Shown: positions 49,599-59,463 of the stretch, piece by piece
Layout: the number at the start of each line of letters is the position of its first letter
How positions within the stretch are numbered: the stretch's first letter is position 1
NCBI GenBank assembly: GCA_000320545.1
Contig: ADNK01002331.1
Span: 1-59,463 of the forward strand
Origin: Bigelowiella natans CCMP2755
Taxonomy: Eukaryota > Protista > Cercozoa
DNA length: 59,463 nt
Direction: 5' to 3'
Translations under genes and position numbers: made by a program
Notes under the pieces: model-generated
Seen by the model: only the letters and a program-made list of their open reading frames with translations
What the model was told of the DNA's origin: nothing
Databases searched by the model: none

Positions 49599-52500
49599 AA
49601 ATATATATATGAAAATATCAGACTAAATCATGTGGAGTGTGCAGCAGCGGCGCTTCTTGTGATAGTTTTGGCTTACATTGGTAGCATTTTTCAATGCCAT
49701 CCATCCCAGTAATGTTCCCGAAGCTTCCCTTTGGGCAAGGAGTCTCATACATGTAGCTTGTGCCGTTGTTACAGTAGAAACCCCGTGGGCAAGCATTTGG
49801 TGTGATTGTCTCAAGCCCGCAGTAACTTCCCTTCGGGCAGGTTAGACACGCACCGAGGCCCTGAGTTGGTGCGTAGGTACCTGCCGGGCATTTGAGAGGC
49901 GCTGCGGTATCCGGAGGGCAGTAATGACCAAGGGTACATATTCCGTTTGTATCGCTCTCCACAGGCTGTGGGCTCGACGCGTTACCGCCACAGTAATACC
50001 CTGCACCGCAGTAGCCTGAGAAGGATGTAAGGCCGGTCTTGTTGCAAACTTTCCCTGGAGGGCAGGCAAGGCAGTCTCCTGCTGACCGGCCAAGGGTCAC
50101 TGGCCTGAAGGTCCCCATTGGGCATGGAATACCTTTGGTGGCCCCCTCTTCACAATAATGGCCGGCCGGACACTGTTCACCAAAGCCTTGGATAGCCTCA
50201 GGGGTGGGATCCGACGAACCAATATGGCAAATATATCCTGCTGTGCATTTTCCGGAGGGTTGCTTTAATCCGTTGGTCTCGCAGTAGTACCCAGGTGGAC
50301 AAGGCGTGCAGGCCGCGCTGGAATTCCTTGATGTTACGTTAGAATAGGTACCGGCCGGGCAGAGCTCGTTAATCTTGACTCCTAAGTAACGAACAAAAAA
50401 AGAGGGTGTGAAGAAATGACGTGTTTTGTTTACGTGGTGAAACTGTGCATGGAGTTTCAGTATTATTTAATTTGTGTACACGTTATGATTTTAGTTGTGA
50501 TTTTTATTCAGACGATTGGGCTCCTTACCCTCGGCACAATAGCTCCCGGCTGGGCACTCAAAGCCAGTGAGGGAGGACATATTCATCTCTGGGCAGTAGC
50601 TGCCCGCCTCGCACGGTAAGCATGAAGACCGATTGTTGTGAGGATTATAGTAGCCAAGAGGGCATGGTGTTGGGTCTTCCGCGCAGGTACCGCAGTAGGA
50701 ACCTGGCGGACAATGATGCTGGCGCGCATGATGCGCACCTCCCGTACAGAACCACCCCTGTTCACAACAGGTCTCGAATTTGGTCTGTCCGTAATTGCCG
50801 CAGTAGTACCCTGGCGGGCACGGCAAGCAGGCAGTGAGAGTCTTACTACCATTCTTGTTATTATAAGTACCAGGTGGACATGGAATGGCGACTTCCAGCC
50901 CAGCAGTACAGTAGTGGCCTTTGGGGCAAATACCACCGGTCACACCACTGTCTGCAGGATTTGCTTGCTTAGCACCCTTAGTGCAAAAATGCCCAGGAGA
51001 GCAAAGCCCCGAGACCTCCTTTAGTCCTAGGGTGTCGCAGAAGCGTCCACCATCACAGAGTGTGCAGTTTGCTGCGTTCGAGAGGCCGGTTGCATTGCTG
51101 TAGGTTCCTTTGGGGCAGGGAACGGGCCAGCCTGTATTGTTAGGGCAGAATGATCCTGCTGGGCACAAGACCGGGAACGTAGTGCCCTCGGGACAATACG
51201 ATTTCTCCGGACAGTCTGTGCATTGTGACTCCATCCAGCGGCCGGTAAAGTTGTTGTATGTCCCTGCTGGACACGGTTTGGCCCGGGAGCCGTCTGACCC
51301 TTTTGGGCAGTAAAATCCCGGAGAGCAGGGGCCTGTGAAGTTCGTTGACTGTTCCACGCAGTAGTAACCGTCTGGGCAGATGGTACAGTTGGACTGGTTG
51401 GAATATTTCTGGAAGGTCCCAGGAGGACAGGGGGTTGCGAAGGTAGAGCCGGCGGGGCAGTAATGCCCAGTAGGGCAGATGTCCGTAGGCGGGGCCGTAA
51501 GCCCTTTTGGGCAAAACGACCCGGCGGGGCAGACTTTCCCAAGCATCTGCGTCTCGTTCATGAAGTCCATGTCACAGTAGTATCCCGCTTTGCAAACTCG
51601 ACACGATTCATCACCGATCTTTGAGTAGAACCCTTTCACGCAGGGGACTGGCTGGTCTGTGACGTTCCAAGCACCGGAGCAGTAGTAGCCGGCAGGGCAA
51701 GACACACACGAAGGGTACATGGAAGAGTTATAGCGATGGCCAGGTCCCGTGGCTCCTGTCAGGTTGTTATAGGTTCCGGCCGGGCAGAGTTTGGGATGTG
51801 CGTACCCCTTAAGGCAGTAGTGCCCGATCGGACAGGTAATGCAAGTCGTTCCATTCGTTTGGCCAGGGTGTGGGGAATAAGTTCCCTCCGGGCATGCGAT
51901 CATTTTCGAGGTGTTACTGTTCTGCGGGCAGTGATAACCAGGAGCGCATGCTCCTGATATGTGATCCTTGCCCCCCACGCAGTAGGAGCCAGCGGGGCAG
52001 TCCATACAGTCTTCAGCCTTGGTACCGTTATTCCACGGGTAGTATTGCCCTGGCGGGCAAGGATACAGAGCGGGAGACGTGGAGCCCCATGGGCAGTAGT
52101 GACCTGTATTGCACCGCTTCTTCGGCTTCACGGACGAATTCGTCGTGCGCCAGTCGCACCACCATCCCTCAGGGCACATCTTGCACTGGTCAACGTGATA
52201 CAAGCCTGTCGTCTCACCGTAGGTTCCAGGAGGGCACGGGTTCGACCTTGGATAGATCGTGCGCTCGGGACAGAAGTTACCTTCAGGGCAGATGTAGCTC
52301 TCCTTGATCTTAGTCAGGTTCGTGAGTCCCTGCTCCGGGCAGTAATAACCAGCAGGACACTCGATACACGAAGTAATAGATTCCGTGCCTGCGTTGGGGC
52401 CATAGGTTCCTGCGGGGCACTTAATGGGCCCAGTGCTCGCCTGGGGGCAGTAATGGCCAATGGGACACGATGTGCAGTTGACGCTTGCAGTGTTCATCTC

Positions 52501-53528
52501 ATGCTCACTGTATGTGCCTCCCGGGCACGGAAACTGGAAAGCGTGAATAGTTCCAGAAGGACAGTAGTGGCCAGGAGGACACATATTGTACGTATCCCCG
52601 CCACTGTAGCCGGAATCACAAAATCGGCCAGCTGGGCAGGTAACACACTGAGAAAGGAGCGTAGCGCCACTCGAGAGGCCAACCGTCCCAGCAGGGCACG
52701 GGTATTGCCATCCAGAAACGGTTCCAACCTTACAGTAGTATCCCTTTGGGCAGGTCTTAGGTGTTGTCATACCATTTTCGTCGCAGTAGGTTCCTTCGGG
52801 GCAGAGCTGACATCCCTGCTCCTGGGTTTTCGCGCCCGTAGTTGTGCCGTAGAACCCCTTTTTGCAGCTGCACAAGCCCAAATAGCAAGATACCTTAAGG
52901 TTGTCATCCCAGCCTCCATAGGGGCACCATGACGCCCTAGGGCAGTTGTTGAGAGTCGAGGACGTCAGACCTGTACCATTGCAGTACTTTCCGCCTGGGC
53001 ATGGTGAGCACTGGACGGCTCCAGCGTCGCTGTACGTTCCAGACTCGCACACTTTCTTCAAACCGGATCGGCATTCATGCCCGGCCTCACAGAGCGTACA
53101 CGCTGTTTTGTTTCCAACAGAGTAGTATTCTGCCTTGCACCTCCGTGGGCTCATATTGTTATTGGGGCATTCGTAGCCTGGTGGGCAAGCCTTGCACTGA
53201 GCAGAGGGAGTATCTGTGTAGGAACCGAGAGGGCAGGGAGTCATAGTGCCTGTCGTCGTGCATGCATAGCCTAATGGACATGGAAGGCATTTAGGCTGGC
53301 TTCCGGTGGAATAGTAGCCTGACTGGCACGGGGTCGAGGTTGATTGCTTTATGTCAGGGCACTCGTGGCCAGCCGCGCAAGCTGTGCAATTTGCAGCTCC
53401 TCCTGTAGCATATGTTCCACGGGGACATTTCTCCAAAGAAGCTGTCATGGCGTTGGGGCAGCGGTATCCTGAAAGTTTATTTGTAAATGTCAGCAATTAA
53501 CACATTCACACATTCACACGTAAACACA

Positions 53529-53559
<31 letters not shown>

Positions 53560-55519
53560 GCGCGCTCGCACAGCTGTGGCAAAAGGGAATATTTTGCGAT
53601 ATGGCATTTAGTTGCGGCAGTAATACCAGCAGGACAAGCCGTACAGCTTGTTTGACGTCCCAAGGAATAAGATCCTGCCACACAAGCTATCTTCGAGGAT
53701 GGGTCAGCAGTTGGGCACATGTAGCCAGGAGGGCACTCTGTACAAGAAGTCGTGTTTCCAGCACTAGTGAAGCCGTTGGTGCATGCGATTTCCAGAGCTT
53801 GGTCAGTGAAGGGGCACTTGTGTCCGACAGGACACGAAGTACACGCACTTACACCGTCAGCGGAGTAGGATCCTCGCCAGCATCGGACCATGAAGTCTGA
53901 CGATGGGCTGGGGCACTGATATCCGGCCGGACAGCTCGTGCAGACTGTTGCGTTCCCACCAGAAAATGTACCTACGATGAGAAATTCAGAATTTTAATTG
54001 TACAAGATGCGAATAGTAATAAAAAGAAGAAACAGTAGCTACGGTATACGTGAGACAGGAGAGGACGTTAGGACATACCTAGGCTGCAAGCAGGCCCTAA
54101 GGCTGTGGTAGTCGGGCATGCATGACCAGCTGGACACTCAGTGCATGCTGTCGCTCCGGCCTCTGCATATTGTCCAGCCTTACAAGCAACAGGAGCGGCG
54201 TTCTTGACCGGACACTTGAATCCAACTGGACACTGGGTGCAAGTCATGTTGCCTCCCAGCGAGTACTCTCCGTCGCTGCAAGCCACGGGGCTGCTGCTCT
54301 TTGTCAGGCATTGTGACCCAGGAGGGCAATTTGTACAAGTGGAAGCCCCCCCAGTAGCGTATGCTCCGTTTGGGCAGACAACGGGAGGGACGGTTGGATC
54401 GTTGCAAGAATGGCCTGGAGGGCACTGGAGGCAGTTTCCACCCCCCTCAAGCGAGTAGGTACCGGGCGAACATGTGGTGATGCTCGCAGGGTTGGAGCAA
54501 GAATACCTGAAAAGAGTATGATGAATGAGAAAGAGAGCAGAAAAAATAGACCGAAGGTGGTGTACGATATCGGATATTTGTCATGCAAAATGTCAAGCTG
54601 AACCACAACGCGCACATTACCCAGGATAGCAAAGAGTGCAATTCGTTTGCCCACTGCCAGAAAAGGATCCAGAGGGGCAAGTCTTAGGGCCAAGATGCGC
54701 CACAGGACAGAATGAACCGGCGGGACAAATTGTACAGGCTGTCACAGACCCACCTAGGCTATAGTAGCCATCCGCACATGCCACAGGGCCCGAGGAGGGG
54801 GTGTTGCACTGGTACCCTGCGGGACAGCTGTCGCAACCATCCTTGGCTACGTTTGATACCGATCCTGCAGCACAGGCTGAACAGTTCGAGGATCCGAGTG
54901 CTGAGAATAAACCTTCCGAGCAGTCGAGCGCCGTCCTCGCTGCCATGCACTTCTTGCCGGCGGGACAGGGATCACAGGCCGGAGAGCCGACGTTAGGTGC
55001 GAAGTAGCCATCAATACACTTGGTACATGTCGTTTGTGCCGGCGATGCCTCAAAGCCTGCTGGGCAGGGGAGAGGGTCCAAGGCGGGGTTACTACATGAG
55101 TGGCCTTCGGGACATGGCAAGCAGTTGGCTGTCCCTGTAGTGTTCGCGTAGTATCCAGTGTTGCACGCGCTGCAAGAAGGCGTGGCCCTAGTCTCCGTTC
55201 CCACTGGGCAAGGGACAGGTGCAGTTGATGCATCAGGGCACGAATGGCCAGGGGGGCATGATGTGCACGATGTCGACCCAAGCAGGCTGTAGGTTCCCGT
55301 GGCGCAAGCGAGTATCCCTCCTCCTGTGCACTTGTAGCCAGGAGGGCAGAGTTCGCAGTTTTGAGCTCCAGCGTTCGAGTAGTTACCTACACATTATTTT
55401 ATCATATTAGGCATTAGTCGAAATTTATTGCCACAAATTCTTATCTTTTTATAGGCTCTGATACTCTCACTCCGTACACACGCTAGTCGGCAGTCACCAA
55501 GTGTGTGTGTGTGTTGTGT

Positions 55520-55567
<48 letters not shown>

Positions 55568-55965
55568 TGTGTAAAAATATAGTATACCTGCAGGACACTC
55601 AAGAGGTGCCGTGAGATTTCCAGAAGGACAATATTTACCCTATTATTATAAATTGAGATAAGGACGTTGACAATGAATGCATCATCGGTACAAAAATTAG
55701 AAGCAGGTCTTTGATGCCGCAAGATATACTACACTCGACGGTGATATCGTGGCAATGGGATACGTACCGCTGGACATTGTGTGCATCCAGTTGCACCTGA
55801 TTGTAACGACATAGTTGTTACCAATATGCAGCTCATTTACAATGATGTGACAAAGATGTGCAAATTTCTTCTGTATCAATAACCTGTAGTCGCGCCATAG
55901 GTTCCTGGTGTACATTCCTAAAGAAAAAGGGAACAGTATTCGTTATTCAATTTGAAATGTATCTT

Positions 55966-56013
<48 letters not shown>

Positions 56014-56696
56014 CTGAGTAAAATTTCATGTGATTTAGTTACCGAGCACGCCGAAACAGCGTTCCCACCATTTGAGTTCTTGAAAGTTCCCTAGAAGAAG
56101 GAAAAGAAAAGCGTTACTACAATATCTCCAGGATCAAAATTACAATCAAGCCTTTCATTATTTATGTAAATTTTGCTAATATATACCTTAGGACATGCTA
56201 TAGTTCCATTGCATCCGCCGGGGCAGCTGGAGAGGATGGGACAAAGGTTTAGGAGAGAATGGCTTCAACATATTTTGTATTACTTATTTTTGGTTGCAAT
56301 AATGTTCTAAGGTGACTATTTGCCCAAAATTTAAGGGAGATCGCTCATGTAATTTTCAATGATACATTAGGTTGAAACTAAAAGTTTACACGGCATTTGT
56401 CTCAAATGCAATAAGAAAATCAATTCTAGGGGTAAGGGAATTGACTTCGACAAATGGTAGATGTAAACGTCATCCAGTGAAAAATGAAATACAATGTGAC
56501 ATAAAAGCACAAATAGCAAGGGAATTTGAGATTGAAGTCATTACTAGTGGCCAGTTGAGCAGCTCACGCAGGACCCAGAGTCAAAGTGGGTTCCAGGTCC
56601 ACAATCATTGCAGGTCGCGTTTGCAAGTTGGATGAGCAATGCCAAAAGCATGGCTCTCGACCATGCAACCCCTTGCAGAGGTCCCCAAGTTCTCAT
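38411..56696 (-). CDS. Giant (~5,400 aa) type I membrane protein: many GCC2/GCC3 (ephrin-receptor-like) Cys-rich repeats, one TM helix, long cytoplasmic coiled coil and a C-terminal HxxAH domain
   Basis: Signal peptide MRTWGPLQGVAWSRAMLLALLIQLANA starts at ATG 56696. About 14 GT-AG exons splice in frame (e.g. GHY|CPGG, CYQ|CTGG, SAG|YYC, LIS|MADK). Dozens of CPxGxYC...CPxGTY/F units precede the TM helix WTMIGIMAGLVLAVLLGLIIGSYVF (~44288-44362), which is followed by E/K/R-rich heptads. Stop at 38411. The length is a hand estimate. Confidence 0.9.
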
Positions 56697-57630
56697 GATC
56701 GCTGTGTGCGACCACGTGAATGGGTGAGAGGGGTGCAGTGGAGTTTTCGTTAGGGCCCTTCCTCTGCTGAGATTCTGAGATGAGATGGGGAAGGCGTGTC
56801 GGGGAACCCCTTGTCGCCTTGCGTTGGCGGCAGTTTCTAACGCTCTTACGCGGCGTTTTATATTGATTTTCATCATTTGTGGCAAAATATGACCAAAATT
56901 TCCCTGATCTCGAACAGTAGCTTTATTATTTAAGATTCATCAAAGCCATCCCAGCACCACATCCGTTGTATGAATCGAGAAATTCTCATTTAAATGCTAA
57001 TTCTGATATGTCGTTTATATAATAATACAGTTATATCATTGCCGAAAAAATATCAGGATCCCATATCAATTTCTGTAATTTTGACTCATCTAAAACGCAG
57101 GGGATTTTCACCTCAGATGGAAGTATGAAATTGAGACATGGGGCTTCACTATTTCAGAAATGACATATATTTTTCAAGGACGTCCTGGAAAAATACATGT
57201 CGGAAATATTAGTCACCGCTCTCGCAATTCGTGGTTTATATTGTACCAGCGTTACATCTGTGGAGAGTTCACATTGTGTGTAACAGCATCGATCTATTTT
57301 TGGATTTACTGAAAATCTTACGAAATGCAAGGAATATTTTAGACGAAAAAGGACCCTGCGGTTGAAGCTAATGTGTTGTTCCTGTTGCAGAGTGGGTTTG
57401 CAAGGAATTGAGAGGGATCAGTTAGTTTTTCAGGCCGAAAACATCATTGTCGTTGTAAGGCTATTCCCTTCCTCATCATCAGACAAAATCTATGCTGTGT
57501 TTCAACCGACAGAACCGTTCACTGAGGAAAGAAGGCCAGACAAGGGAAGTCAAGGGCGCGAAAAGAATAACTAACTAACTAACTAACAAGCGGCTAGGTC
57601 AACGGAGTGTCGTAACCCACGAGAAAGAGG

Positions 57631-57801
57631 ATGGACAGTGCTCATGAAGAGTACTCCATGCCTCTATCAGACGTAATTTCAACAGCGGAACCTTCTTTTG
57701 GCTCCATTCGATTGGCAGGAGAAGGCGAAGGTGGGTGTGATTTGTGGCAGAATGTAACCGAGGGAAATTATGGACAGATTCCGAAGTTTCGCTTTGTGTG
57801 T

Positions 57802-57854
<53 letters not shown>

Positions 57855-59180
57855 GGTGAGCGATGATGAGAAAATCTAAGCTGGATCGGTGCTCAGGAAC
57901 GGATATATCGGACGAAAGAGCTGTTGCGATGCCATTGAACTCCTCCCAGCAACCACCTTCATCTCTAAATAAAAATATAGGGGATAGTAAGTACTCAATC
58001 CCGCAAACACTGAGTGATCTGAGTCAAATTAATATCGATGATGGCTCCATCCCATTGAAGAGTACAAACAGGTCGTCTGTTACTGATTTCCATATTTTAT
58101 TCTATCCTGTTACGCAAATATTTATGCATTACTTTTTACACTCACACACGCACACACACAGAGAAAAAGAGAGGGGGGGGGGGGAGATCCTTTTATAAAA
58201 ATGGTTCATTTAGGCCCGAGAGAAAGGAAATGCTTCAACCCAATACGCAAATCCGATGTCGAGTATCAGAGAAAAAGATAGCGAACGACGGTCTCATACT
58301 ATTATTGCACACAAACATGATCAAAATGATGACTTGACTGGCCATAAGAATTATACTTAATGAAAACAAAAAACAATGAAGTAACAACAACGCATATTAT
58401 CATGAACTATTCTGAAAAAAGCAAATGATACTTAACTACTGTAGACTGTCTTCCCCTTTCTAACCCTTTCTAGCGATAAAGAGGAAAAGAGAGAGAGGGG
58501 TAGGAGATTTAGATTTGTTCTTTCATACATAGGCAAGCCCTTAGTAACATTAGACTTCAGCCAGCAGCCCGAAAATGCCCCTAGAATGTTCATAAAGCGC
58601 AGAACTCCTGTTGTGGAGAGCCGAAACTCGTCTGAGAAGCTGATAGCTTACGTCGATATTGAGATATCAAGCAACCGGGTGAGAAGTAGAAGAAATATGA
58701 TCTGACATATTATAGTACACTCATGTCCCCTACAAGAATTAAGATACAGCGCCTAATTTTCTGCATTTTTTTTCCCAATTCTGCTTTGCGATACGACAAT
58801 TACTCTCAAAGCTCTATTTCAAGAATCGTTGTTGTTACTGCACTGTGTGCGGGATGTTTTCCATCTAGATCGGCCAAATAGCGTTGAGAAACGGTGACAA
58901 TATCTACGAGCTAGTAAGCAGGTCTCGTTGCGATGCATTCTACTTTGCTATTTTATTAGAAGCAACACACATGCTTACATATGTCCAAAACTTCCTATAT
59001 CGCTTTGCTGAGTGAGAACAGGAGATACTTAGCCTCGCCTACATACACAAGTGACACGTCGTTCCTGCCGCTCATCTAAGCATTAAATCTTCCACGCATA
59101 GGTTTCTCGATGTTCACAAGCTAGAAAAAAGAAGAAATCTTGCTCTTCTTGCCTCGGCCATAAAATCAAACGTCGACATG
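57631..59180 (+). CDS. Hypothetical multi-exon protein, possibly running off the window
   Basis: Exons 58533-58678, 58869-58921 and 59102-59180 splice in frame to ...KLIAYVDIEISSNR|IGQIALRNGDNIYELVSR|FLDVHKLEKRRNLALLASAIKSNVDM. Upstream Ser-rich exons (~57631, ~57863-58070, ~58213-58290) and the start codon are tentative. Confidence 0.55.
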
Positions 59181-59337
59181 GTATTAGTGGCTAGAGTATT
59201 GTTCGAAGTCATTTCACAGTTGAATAGTTGTGCCTAATTTAGTCGCTTCCTATCTTATAGTATATCTCAATCTCTATTGACTAATAATAGATAAAAATGA
59301 TATTATGTATTGTATATATGGAGAGAGATAGGTAGAA

Positions 59338-59368
<31 letters not shown>

Positions 59369-59463
59369 CGTACGTACGTAAGTAAGTAACGTATTCAACT
59401 GGGAAATGGCTTTGAACATTACTCTAGCTACCACTACCATGTCGACGTTTGATTTTATGGCCG

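Noticed and set aside
50638-52932. Plus-strand ORFs up to 323 aa
   Set aside because: Antisense to GC-rich Cys-repeat exons.

Overview
Intron-rich eukaryotic nuclear DNA, most likely from a chlorarachniophyte alga (Rhizaria with a green secondary plastid). The inference rests on a chlorophyll a/b LHC carrying a bipartite signal peptide plus a long transit peptide. Gene models were spliced by hand on GT-AG boundaries. In order: two poorly resolved hypothetical genes (- then +); an LHC precursor (-); a small two-EF-hand protein (+); a conserved plastid membrane protein of unknown function (-); a predicted N-myristoylated EF-hand/soluble adenylyl cyclase (ADCY10-like)/P-loop NTPase fusion (+); a PT-repeat/REJ/GAIN-GPS receptor whose 7TM resembles TOM1/GPR137 (-); a giant (~5,400 aa) Cys-rich single-pass protein with a coiled-coil tail and a zincin-like HxxAH motif (-); and the 5' part of a hypothetical gene (+). 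Most introns carry microsatellites. The spacers downstream of gene 3' ends are TGCA/CATG/TAGC-rich and hold local repeats. Two frame-preserving tandem duplications copy splice sites. No rRNA, tRNA, CRISPR array or recognisable transposase was seen. All homology calls come from motif recognition, not database searches.
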